DNA of 64,000 nucleotides, from NCBI GenBank assembly GCA_965285935.1, contig OZ260662.1, positions 122,078,001 through 122,142,000 on the forward strand, given 5' to 3'. The notes under the pieces are model-generated. The model was not told the origin of the DNA and did not search any database. It was given only the letters and a program-made list of their open reading frames with translations. The stretch is from Ophelia neglecta (taxonomy: Eukaryota). Below, piece after piece: positions 52,516 through 63,720 of the stretch. The first letter of the stretch is position 1, and every line of letters begins with the position of its first letter. The position numbers were made by a program, and so were the translations under genes.

Positions 52516-53741
52516 TGATGGGTTATTACTGTACATTGGTATTGGGTGTGACCGAAATTCCCACATCGCCAACATTGGATGGGTCGACGCTGTCTTGGCG
52601 GAGCTGAGGTACCAGGGTGCATGGGTATATCACGGTGAGTTCCATAGTCCGTGGGCTGTCTCGAAGCAGATTCAGGTGGTGTAGCGTTGTTCGTGGCAGA
52701 AGCTGGTGAGAACCCAGCATTAACCGGAGACGAGAACGACAGGCTACTGTAATAATCATTGGGTGCCATCATAACGGAAGGATCACCATACCCCGGTAAG
52801 TTGTTGTATGAAGGAGCAGGTTGCAGAGGTGAGTGATAAGAGGCAGCATGTGGGTTCAGGTTGGTAGGTTGATTCTAGCGGGATCCATGTTCCGATTTCG
52901 TTAAGCGTGACACCTGTTGCTGTAGGTTTGTAACCTGATGTTTCAAAGCTTAAAGTTCATTGTTGTCAGGCGCCATTACTGATGTCACCTGGGCATGACT
53001 GGTAGTTTTGGTGCTTGACTTCCCTGTCTCAGTTTCAAGTTGACGAATAGCTATCCTCAAGTCATCAAAGTCCTTAATGGCATCGAATTTGAACCGTGAT
53101 TTTTCTTTCAAAGCAGGCCGAAGCCCTGACCAGAATTTGCTTCTCAGCATCTCTTCTTGGGTGGTCTCACCAAGTGATGCTTTGTCTTTTGCCTGTAGGA
53201 GCAGGTCCTCTAGCCTACCACTCCACTGCACAACGTTCTCGCCATCTTTCTGCTTGGCTTGATAAAAGTCTGACAATATTTCTTCACTGGACTCGACAGA
53301 GCCATATAAATTGTCAAGGCGAGACAACAAGTCCTTGGTCAAGGCTTTATCACCCAATCTCATCGCAACACGAGCAGGACCACCTTTAAGTGACTTCCTT
53401 ACTTGATGATTGAGAATAGCTTCAGTTAAAGTTCCACTTTTCATGAGACAGCTTACTTCATAACGCCATAAGTCATAAGTTGTGTCTTTTCCCATCTCGC
53501 CAGAAAATGTACTGATCTTAGGAGGTAAGGTCATCCGGGACGTGACTTGAGCTGTGGCCTCTAAATCCATCTTCTGTTCTTGCCCAGGCTCTACTTTGGT
53601 GGGAGATGGTTGACGAGATGAGGCAAATTCTAACATAAGTTTGGCCAAGTCATCAGGAGAGTCTCCCTTCGGTCTAAGTCCAAGTGCTGCAAAGGCTCTG
53701 CCAAAACCTTCTAAGTCCTCCTGCCTGAAAGGTCCTGACAT
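52473..53741 (-). pseudogene. gag: E4 gag, two in-frame stops
   Basis: TAA at 52950 and TAG at 52875. Confidence 0.92.
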
Positions 53742-53770
53742 GGTAAAAAAATCCTCACTGGGGGCTCCAA

Positions 53771-54838
53771 TGTAACCAAGGGGGGGGAAGTGAGTCGAAG
53801 TGACACGTCCACTTAGGTACATAAAGTTTTATTCACTCTCTGTAGCTTACAACCCGCCTGTATTGTAAACACCTGTAACAATTAAAACACTTTGATAAGC
53901 TACAAGCAACAATTCAGATGCAACTTTAGAATTGTACATTTGATACTTTGATACTAAAACATATATACACCTTTACCGTTTGATAATATAGGATAGATAC
54001 AACATATTTTATGATATTCAACTTTCATACCTAATACCGGCATACAATTCTATAACACACTAATTTAATAGTGCGCACCCTAATCAAAACCATCACATTT
54101 CATAATCACAAATACGAGTGTATACCTTGGGTAAAGGTGCTGACTTGCCAATTGACAATTGGCCCAGGCTTAAAGGATGAATACAAACTTCAACAGGACA
54201 TAAACCTAGAATGCACAAGAAGACCAATCTAAATTAAGTGTGCAAGCAGAATGAGTGACAATCGGGACATTATTTATCTAACTATTTATCTAAAAGCAAC
54301 ACAGCATATTGCCCACCTGGTAAGTATAGTAATTTACAGCTAGGGCTACACAAGAACTAGATTTCCCCAACAAACACAATAGGCAGTACAGCATATTGGT
54401 CACAAAGTAAGAACAAGTACATTATATAAATAGCTTGGGCTGATTGAGGTAGAAATTATATTGACAAACCTATTTATGAAAGTCCTAAACACAATATAAA
54501 CATCTGAACAGGTCCTCTCGTAGCAAACTCCCTAGGCCAACTGTGCAGGATCAATGCAAAGTTTTCCCTCCAAAATGTTGAGACAAAGGGTGGGAGCCAG
54601 TATTATAATTGGCTACCACGCACACATAATTAGGTGAAACCTGGGTCAGAAGTCAAACTCTGACATACAAATTGAGAGGTCACCAAGGTTGGCCCCAGTT
54701 ATATGCATCAGTGAACCCAGCTGATTTCAGGACAATAACAAAGACACTAGCCAGCATAAATTAAATTACCTAATGTCAACATTAGCACACAGAGCATATT
54801 ATAATGTAGGGAAAACAGGTAGATATGACACTGTTACA
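53771..54838 (-). repeat. LTR6 (shared, full, one extra G)
   Basis: 1068 bp, between the PBS of E4 and the PPT of E5. Confidence 0.93.
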
Positions 54839-54850
54839 TCCTTCCCCACT
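54839..54850 (-). promoter_or_regulatory. Polypurine tract AGTGGGGAAGGA (also 22729, 28466; variants at 34626, 40786, 47812)
   Basis: Purine run immediately before TGTAACA on the minus strand. Confidence 0.9.
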
Positions 54851-55025
54851 TAGTTTAAATGTCAACATGACCTTATAGGGCAAACTGACATTACGCCCTA
54901 CCAACAAGACAACAACTACACATAAAGTACTGAACCTAACTAGACATATAATTTACAATGATATACAATATATAAGTACCTACTGCCAGTAACACAGCAT
55001 AATTTACTATATATAAGTTGAACAC

Positions 55026-58000
55026 TTATATGGAACCATTGTGCCAAGCAAATGGACTGGTGCCTGTGGATGTGTTTTTTATCTGAATAATGTAATTCAG
55101 TAGATAATTACCGTCCCTCAAACGTGCTGGCAACCTGCTGGTCCTTGCAGAGCGACGGGGAGGGGGAGGTGTAGGATTTGGGTTTTGGACTGGTACATTA
55201 CGGGGGGGGGGGGGGGGGGGTTTCAAGGTCTCGAGGGATATGCCGTGGGGAGGTGGATACCTCAGCTAAGGGTGTAGTTTGCACCTCTATGGTAAGCACC
55301 TCCGCGTCATCATCTCTTATTGTCTCACTAGCAGGTCCATTCCCAGTACCTTCATCATCGGCTTTATGCTCAGTGTCCGTATCATGGAAAGTAGTCTCAG
55401 TATGGTGGGCAGGGTCAATATCATGGGTAGCGCTCACTGATTTCGTGGTGGGTTGGGTTTCAATGGTTGTAAGTAGTATTGGCACTTCTTCCTCATACTC
55501 TTCATCAGTGTCTGCGTTACCACTCTCACTTGTCTCCTTCCCTCCGTCAACTTTAGAAGGCTGAGCACATGGGGTTACATGTTGAGAGGCCTTCTTGGGA
55601 GTACCATTGGGGTCTGGTAGGTCTGACACAATTGGTCCAATAGGTAACAGATTATTTCTGTGCAGAGTACGGACTTTGGTTGACTTGAGTTGGTCCTCTG
55701 GCCGCACTTGTAATACAGGAATGTCCGGGTTCGGTTGTTTGACTACGACATATACTGGTTCTTCCCAACGGTCGGCGAGTTTGTGTTTGCCTTCAAACAC
55801 TAATTTCTTAACCAGAACTCGATCGCCCGGCTCAACAACAGCTCCTCTTAATCTGGTGTCGTAACCCTCTTTTTGCTTCACACGGGCTCTCTCGGCATGT
55901 TCATTCGCCAGCTAATATGCCTTTTTCAAATTTTCTTTGAGTTTTTCTACATACTGTCCATAGGACTCTGGTTTCTAGTCCAAGCACCACGTCGATTGGG
56001 AGTTTTGGGTTCCTTCCGAACATTAGGAAGTAAGGGGAGTATCATGTACTCTCATGACGTGTACAGTTATAGGCATGGACTAGCCAGTCGATATGCATTT
56101 TCCAGTCTGTCTTCTGTGTAGGGTGGAGTGTACCGAGCATACCAAGGAGGGTCCTGTTCATCCTTTCTGTCATGCCGTTGCCTGACGGATGATAGGGTGT
56201 GGTACGAGATTTCTCCATTCCCGTCAACTGACATAGCTCATGTAATACCTTGCTTTCAAAATTCGCACCTTGGTCTGAATGGAGGCGTTTTGGGAAACCG
56301 AAGTAGGTGACGAAGTTGTGGAGCAGGGCGTCAGCAGTGATCTTTGCAGTCTGATTTCGAGTAGGGACCGCTATAGCGTACCTGGTAAAATGGTCTGTGA
56401 TCACCAAAACGTTGGCGAAACCACCTTTGGAGTTTTCTAGTGACAGGAAGTCCATGGATACCAGTTCCAAGGGCTGTGTGGTTTTAATACTGACTAGTGG
56501 GGCGTGCTGGTTGATTGGTGTCTTCCTCCTGATACAGCGATCACATCGTTTGACCCATTGCTTGATTGACTCGGTCATACCTGGCCAGTAGAATCGTTCT
56601 CGAATAAGTTGGAGAGTTCTGTCCTGTCCAGGGTGTCCCATATTGTCGTGCAGAGATTCCAATGCATGTCTCTGGAGGCTGTGTGGTAGTACAATTTGAT
56701 ATCGTTCTTCTTCGTTGATCTCTGCTCGGCGACATAACACTCCTCGTACCATCACTAACCGTGGCTGCTCTCTGACAAAGGGCCTTACTAATTCAGAAGG
56801 TATGGGACCACAATACTTGCTCTGGACCAATCTAATTACTTCACGGATGGCAAGATCGTCTTGCTGGGCTCTTCTCAGATGCCTATTTTCTCCTACCGGA
56901 TCTTCTTCATCTAGTTCGAAGATGGCATTCGTCATGCATATAGTATCCAGCAGTTTCGCACTTGGTGTCTGTAGACTACTGCAGATAGTTGCCACTGACT
57001 CGACATTGACCTCATTGTGATACTCATTTCCTCTGTGTGGTAGACGGGATAAAATGTCTGCATCGACATTGTTCACTCCGGGTCGGTATTTGATTGAGAA
57101 CTTGTAATTTGCTAAGGCAGCGACCCAACGATGACCGGTGGCATCCAGTTTCGCAGTTGTCAAGATGTAAGTGAGTGGGTTATTATCAGTGTGTACGGTG
57201 AACTCGGGTGCGCCATACAAGTACTGACTAAATTTCTCTGTTATAGCCCACTTCAAACAGAGGAATTCGAGCTTGTGTGCTGGATAATTCTTTTCGGTTC
57301 TCTTTAGTCCACGGCTGGCAAACGCAATTGGCTTCAACACCCCTTCATGGTCCTGGTAAAGGACAGCGCCAAGGCCTTCATTGCTGGCGTCAGTGTGGAG
57401 ATGAAATTTGAGTGTTGTAGATGGGTATGATAATACTGGAGGTGAAGTTACAGCATCCTTAAGGCTTCGAAAGGATGTCTCTTCCTCCTCTTCCCATTTC
57501 CACGGCTTTGGCCGGATTACAATCTTTTTGCCCTTCTTACGCCGTTCTCCACCCTTAAAATCATTCAGCGGACGAGCCTTGCTAGCAAAGTTCTTGACAA
57601 ATGAGCGGTAATAGCCGGCAAACCCTAGGAACTGAGACAACTCTTTCACACAGGTAGGGGTAGGCCACTCCTTTATCCTAACTACTTGGTCAGGATCAGT
57701 CTCTACACCATTGGCAGTCATCACATGTCCAAGAAATTTCACTCGACTCTTGAGAAAGGAGCACTTCTTCGTTGATAGTTTTAAACCGCACTCCTCAATA
57801 CGTTGAAATACTTTCCCAATATTGGCTAGATGTTCCTCAAACGTACGACTGAAGATGATTATATCATCGAGATAAATCACGCAGATTTTGTGATTCAGGT
57901 CCCCGAGCATGTCCTCCATCATGCGCTGATATGTCGCAGGCGCATTTGTCAAGCCAAACGCCATCCTGTTCCACTCAAAGAAGCCGAGGGGTCCAGCAGT

Positions 58001-59548
58001 GAAGGCTGTGTAAGCCTTGTCATTCTCGTTGATCTTTATTTGATGATAACCTGACTTCATATCTAAGACGCTAAAGTACTTTGCCCCATCCAGACAATCG
58101 AGTATGTCCTCTAACCGTGGTAGAGCGTAAGAGTCCTGGATTGTCCTTTGGTTCAACTGACGGAAGTCAATACACAGGCGTAGGTCACCATTTTTTCGAC
58201 GAGCGATCACCATGTTTGATGCCCACGGACTTCGAGAGTGGCGTATCAATCCAGTGTTGAGTAAGGTTTGCAGATGATCCCTAACTTCATCGTAACATGC
58301 GGGAGGGATACGGCGGTATGGCTGCTTGAATGGTTGCTGGTTGTTCAAATTGATATTGATCTCCGCAGTAGGGTGACATCCTACGTCAGTATCGCTGTGA
58401 CTGAAGATATGTGTCCATGACTTCAAAAATTCTTTCATCTCATTGAATTCAGCTTCGGTGCAGGCTGTATCGTCTTGATCGAAGTCTAACTTGAGACCAG
58501 GTGGTAAGTCTACACTCGGGTGATCATTTGAAGATTGGTCAGGTGAAGTGCCAGGTAAGTCGACGGGCGGTAGTATAGTCACGGGTTGTAGCTCGCAAAG
58601 GATGGCTCTTGGGGGGATGACTAAAGTCTGCAGCGAGTGATTGGTGATGCGGACTGGGATGGGCAACTGGTGATCAGGTGAGAAGTTGATCACCCCGGGG
58701 GCGATCTCTGCAGCATCAGGTAAGATCGACTTGGATGTCGACTGTAACATAGCCGTACATTGCCGGTATGGTATGTTGTCAGTAGTATAACCCTGGACAG
58801 TCATGGTCTTATTGGGAGGTACTACTATGGATTGGTCTTCACTACTCTTGACAATGGCTAACCGGCCGGCACGATTGACTTTGCGTTCCTGTATCGACAT
58901 ACATCGGAAGGCTAGATACCACGGGTTAGTAAGTGGGGCTCTTTGGAGGTATCTTTCACCATATGTCTCAAGAGTGTCCGCTTGGACAGCTCGGAGAAAG
59001 TTGGTACCTAAATTTATGGGGACATTTGAACTAAAGGGAGTATCACGAGTTACTAACAATAAACATGGCTTTTCTAGATTCGGCATAATACTAGGCACCT
59101 TCAAAACAACTTCCACTACTCCAATGTAGTCAAGTAATTGACCACTAGCACTCTCTACTTCCAATAAGGATTCTAATGATTGCAAAGTTACACCTCTGGG
59201 TTCTAATCTCTCTCTAAAAAAGGTTTCACTCACCGTTGAAACACCAGACCCTGTGTCCAATAAAGCACTGACACAAACATTAGAGACATGAGGGTAAGTA
59301 GTAACTAGCTTTTCATCACCATTCATATTTACATTCAAATTCACAGAGACATCATCATTTTTCATCTTGTTTTCAGACTCGATATTCAATGCATTAATAG
59401 AATCAAATTCACATTTATCTACACTACATTCATCTTCAAAAAATACAATTTCAATATTAGATATGTTGGTGTCACCGACGAGTTGTGGGGGCTGCCTCTC
59501 CTGACCTATCGACGTGCCCCGGTAGAAGTAGGTCCGCTCTGGTTTAAA
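55026..59548 (-). pseudogene. pol: E5 pol; open through the IN catalytic core, then TGA and frameshifts
   Basis: 1188-aa ORF 56042-59608. Confidence 0.95.
59487..59548 (-). promoter_or_regulatory. -1 ribosomal frameshift signal: U UUA AAC + predicted H-type pseudoknot (present in all five copies)
   Basis: Gag codons CAT TTA AAC; the -1 frame TTT AAA CCA is the pol frame (FKP); 7-nt spacer, then GACCTA/TAGGTC and GGGGC/GCCCC pairings. Confidence 0.85.
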
Positions 59549-60774
59549 TGATGGGTTATTACTGTACATTGGTATTGGGTGGGACCGAAATTCCCACATC
59601 GCCAACATTGGATGGGTCGACGCTGTCTTGGCGGAGCTGAGGTACCAGGGTGCATGGGTATATCACGGTGAGTTCCATAGTCCGTGGGCTGTCTCGAAGC
59701 AGATTCAGGTGGTGTAGCGTAGTTCGTGGCAGAAGCTGGTGAGAACCCAGTATTAACCGGAGACGAGAACGACAGGCTACTGTAATAATCATTGGGTGCC
59801 ATCATAACGGAAGGATCACCATACCCCGGTAAGTTGTTGTATGAAGGAGCAGGTTGCAGAGGTGAGTGATAAGAGGCAGCATGTGGGTTCAGGTTGGTAG
59901 GTTGATTCTAGCGGGATCCATGTTCCGATTTCGTTAAGCGTGACACCTGTTGCTGTAGGTTTGTAACCTGATGTTTCAAAGCTTAAAGTTCATTGTTGTC
60001 AGGCGCCATTACTGATGTCACCTGGGCATGACTGGTAGTTTTGGTGCTTGACTTCCCTGTCTCAGTTTCAAGTTGACGAATAGCTATCCTCAAGTCATCA
60101 AAGTCCTTAATGGCATCGAATTTGAACCGTGAATTTTCTTTCAAAGCAGGCCGAAGCCCTGACCAGAATTTGCTTCTCAGCATCTCTTCTTGGGTGGTCT
60201 CACCAAGTGATGCTTTGTCTTTTGCCTGTAGGAGCAGGTCCTCTAGCCTACCACTCCACTGCACAACGTTCTCGCCATCTTTCTGCTTGGCTTGATAAAA
60301 GTCTGACAATATTTCTTCACTGGACTCGACAGAGCCATATAAATTGTCAAGGCGAGACAACAAGTCCTTGGTCAAGGCTTTATCACCCAATCTCATCGCA
60401 ACACGAGCAGGACCACCTTTAAGTGACTTCCTTACTTGATGATTGAGAATAGCTTCAGTTAAAGTTCCACTTTTCATGAGACAGCTTACTTCATAACGCC
60501 ATAAGTCATAAGTTGTGTCTTTTCCCATCTCGCCAGAAAATGTACTGATCTTAGGAGGTAAGGTCATCCGGGACGTGACTTGAGCTGTGGCCTCTAAATC
60601 CATCTTCTGTTCTTGCCCAGGCTCTACTTTGGTGGGAGATGGTTGACGAGATGAGGCAAATTCTAACATAAGTTTGGCCAAGTCATCAGGAGAGTCTCCC
60701 TTCGGTCTAAGTCCAAATGCTGCAAAGGCTCTGCCAAAACCTTCTAAGTCCTCCTGGCTGAAAGGTCCTGACAT
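59506..60774 (-). pseudogene. gag: E5 gag, two in-frame stops; knuckle His->Pro
   Basis: TAA at 59983, TAG at 59908; CWRCGNFGPTQYQC. Confidence 0.92.
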
Positions 60775-60784
60775 GGTAAAAAAA

Positions 60785-60802
60785 TCCTCACTGGGGGCTC
60801 CA
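60785..60802 (-). promoter_or_regulatory. Primer-binding site TGGAGCCCCCAGTGAGGA, probably tRNA-Thr (also 34402-34419, 40562-40579, 46726-46743, 53752-53769)
   Basis: 1 nt inside the LTR end and begins TGG. The plus strand reads atcctcactgggggct-cca, like a tRNA 3' end. Thr(UGU) is assigned from recalled similarity and is unverified. Confidence 0.8.
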
Positions 60803-60803
60803 A

Positions 60804-60913
60804 TGTAACCAAGGGGGGGAAGTGAGTCGAAGTGACACGTCCACTTAGGTACATAAAGTTTTATTCACTCTCTGTAGCTTACAACCCGCCTGTATTGTAA
60901 ACACCTGTAACAA
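60804..60913 (-). repeat. LTR7 (outermost 5' LTR, truncated to the PBS-proximal ~109 bp)
   Basis: Matches the LTR up to acacctgtaacaa, then unrelated sequence follows. Confidence 0.9.
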
Positions 60914-60952
60914 AATAAAGTAGGGTTTGGTTATATTTGGAGGCAGCACTAC

Positions 60953-61020
60953 TGAACCCCGAAATGTAACCAGCCCCGAAATGTAATTGGTTACATTTGG
61001 GGGAAGGATACATTTGGGGG
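60953..61020. repeat. Nested direct/inverted repeat (CCCCGAAATGTAA x2, TACATTTGGGGG x2), MITE-like end
   Basis: Read directly. Confidence 0.65.
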
Positions 61021-61894
61021 ATCAACAAGGGTTTTTACACTGTTCAAAATTTTGTAGATCGAATATATTGTACTTCCAAAGTCGCCCTTTCAGGGACGTT
61101 AATATTCCCTTCTCGTGCCTGTGCCAGAAGAGACTCAGAAATCTCCAATTTTGTCATTTTTGAAAGCCTGACTCCTAATATAACAAACCTTAGTCATTGG
61201 TACCACACTGTATTCAGTACAACTCTCAGCCATTTTACAAGCTTTTGTGTAATAGGTGAAGGTATCAACAAATTTTATGTTGGCAAATTCTGTCAGGTGT
61301 AAATCACAGTGCTAAGTACAACAACCAAACTCTCATACAAATTCTGCTAAATTCCAATGACCAACTCTCGACAAGAATTAGATCCTTACTCTTTCGCAGC
61401 GGATTTACTGTAGTTTAAGACATCAGAGGTGGCCTTGTGGCGGATTGAGAGACCAAACAGAACTTTGGGCAATAAAGTAGGTCCTATATTTTGCTTCAAA
61501 ATATTGACAATTGTTATGTCTGACCATAATTTTCGATATGCAGCTTTACCTTTCCCTGAACACCTAAAACCGGCCCTCCATCCCCAAATAAAACAAGCGT
61601 GAGGGGTTTAGTGTTTGTGATGATTGTAATAAAGAGCTCGGCGGGGGTACAACAGTAGTGAATAAAAGAGATAGAATTTTGCTAGCGGTAGGGTAGTCGG
61701 TGGTTGGCTGAATGGTATTCATTGTAACATTTTTCTAAGCAGTCGCCTAAAAATGAATCAATATAATTCCTGCAGTCGCCTGGAAGCAATATTATGGTTA
61801 GTTTTGATAAATGCAGCAAGGACAGTATATTGGCTTTTATGCCAATGCTTATGTGACATATGCGTTTGTGTCTTATCAAACATAAATTCGATTA

Positions 61895-62150
61895 TGTTTA
61901 ATATCCGAGTTATGTTTGTATTCTTTCATCCCTAAGCACGGTTTGCGAACACAGATATACAATAAACAATAACCAGGCAATGTTTGTCTTTTCAATAACT
62001 AGCCTCTACTCTCGGGCTTATCACACACGCTGCTTGCCGAGAAATGTCTATTCTACCAATATAATACTGTTAAAATGACCAAAGATGATACTACCAACGA
62101 CAAGAGTCCCTAGAAAATTACGATTGACACCTCATTTCGTTACACAGTGG
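61895..62150 (+). repeat. Diverged paralog of ~7075-7340
   Basis: e.g. aggcaatgtttgtctt / aggcaatatttgtctt; gggcttatcacacacg / gggcttatcacatacg; gttacacag in both. Confidence 0.7.
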
Positions 62151-62298
62151 GATTTGATTAGGTGTTAGGGGTTTAACGACACATAAACACTATGTGGGCC
62201 ATTTAGTCTTTTTTAAGTTGGGTATATTTTATGTTAATTTCTAAGGTCAAGAGAAATACATCAAAATGACCTAAAGCCTGTCTTTTTGTTTTGCGTAT

Positions 62299-62847
62299 TG
62301 TTTTGAATGTTAATTTATGTGTGTGATTATTTAATTATGGTGTGGGTATTGAGAGTTTGATGTCAATGTAAATAGTGGTATGTTTGATTAGAGTGTTGAA
62401 TTGAGTGAAATTATAGTAGTGTGTTTAATTGGTGTGTTGAGTCATAAATACTAAATGATCCTGTAAGAGTTGTGTGAGGTGAAAGGTCCCTGACCGGAAG
62501 TGTTACTATTATGGGATATGAAGCACCATCATAGAGAGGCTAGTTTGAAACACGCTCATTTTCAGTCATCCACCTCCATCGTGAGTGTCTATATGAAACA
62601 GAGTTTGAAAAGTATCAGTCTGGAAAGTTCTTCAGGTATATATTTATTGAAGTGTGTATTTATGACGTGTTGGTTCGTTATATGGTGAGAATTTTATATG
62701 TGAATGTTTGTATAAATGTATATGTCTGTGTTGTTGCAGAACGCCGTCACCGCCATTTTATGGTTGGAATAAATGTTCAAAGGGAATCCAGGCTTCACGC
62801 TTTATTCGCCATCGTTCATAGTGAAATATAAAGGGGGTTTCATAACA
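62299..62847 (+). mobile_element. Solo LTR (549 bp) with 5-bp TSD, possibly BEL/Pao
   Basis: TGTTTTGAA...TTCATAACA (9-bp inverted termini, 1 mismatch); CGTAT at 62294-62298 and 62848-62852; AATAAA at 62768-62773. Superfamily is inference. Confidence 0.8.
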
Positions 62848-63459
62848 CGTATATTGAATTCACATGTTGGGCTTTATGTGTTTCAATGTGATATCAATAA
62901 TGGGGAAGGGGGACTTTTTATAGATATGTTTATATGGTCTAGTATCAAGGTAGGCGAGCAGCCACACAGCAGCTCTGAGCGCATTTAATGACATTTTGCA
63001 TAAAACACGACTGATATATTTGAATTAATATTATAACTTTGTTGAAGACTAGTATTTGCTGCTGTGTCAAATGTTGCACAGTTAGCATGTCGCCTGGGTT
63101 CGACATTCTTTAAATATGATAGTCTGCTTGACTTGCTGAATTGATATACACGCACGTAATTGTTAACGGTTTAAGATCATATAGACTGTGCAATGGAGAT
63201 GATCATTCAATAATGACTATAATAAATCGAGACAACGAATATATTTTGAGTATTGTCGCAAGCAAACGTTTTATCCCCGGAACATACTGTGTAAACACAC
63301 CTTTTGAACTCGTCCTATCCCCTCCTTAGGTTGACTCGTCCTATTCCTGAATCTCAGTAATTTCTCTCACAAGATAGGCCTTTAACTCGCGAGCTGTCTA
63401 CATTAGCTATACAGACCCTGCCAACTCTCGATACAAGTCTAAGAGATTCAGCTGTTTTC

Positions 63460-63720
63460 AAAGTTGACGAAAAATTTTGAAGTAGAAATATCGAGGTCTG
63501 ACTATGCTAGGAAAAGTAATGGTTTTGGAAACATGTTTTGTATTCCAAATTCAATACAACAATCCCCATAGCTTTCAGTATGCCAGGTGTGAATATGTTA
63601 AAAAGATAAGACACCTTGATATTTGATTTTATGTGGTCAAGGGAAAATCTGAAATAAAGATGAGAAGTTCTGATGATAGATCACCTTAATGGTGGTTTAA
63701 ATGTTCCTTGTAGATGGTTT
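63460..63720 (+). mobile_element. Fossil L1/Tx1 ORF2 (post-RT region)
   Basis: GLTMLGKVMVLET (cf. LSLxGKxxVIKS) and TLIFDFMWS..EVL..NGGLNVP (cf. IFxFxW..GGLxVP), with stops. Confidence 0.6.

Larger units (their letters stand above)
21662..60913 (-). mobile_element. Tandem array of a Ty3/Gypsy (Metaviridae) LTR retrotransposon: 5 full internal domains + 1 partial, 7 LTR copies
   Basis: Repeated gag/pol ORF sets at periods 7016, 6160, 6164, 7026 and 7033 bp, each separated by one LTR flanked by a PBS on one side and a PPT on the other; Pol order PR-RT-RH-IN. Confidence 0.97.

Noticed and set aside
23136-60422. Repeated plus-strand ORFs (60-128 aa) inside the elements
   Set aside because: Antisense shadows of gag/pol; they recur only because the DNA is repeated and have no recognisable domains.
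60804-60912. Reading the 109-bp TG...CA segment as the element's true LTR
   Set aside because: No PPT lies next to it in full copies; the PPT and a perfect TGTAAC/GTTACA end occur 1067 bp from the start.
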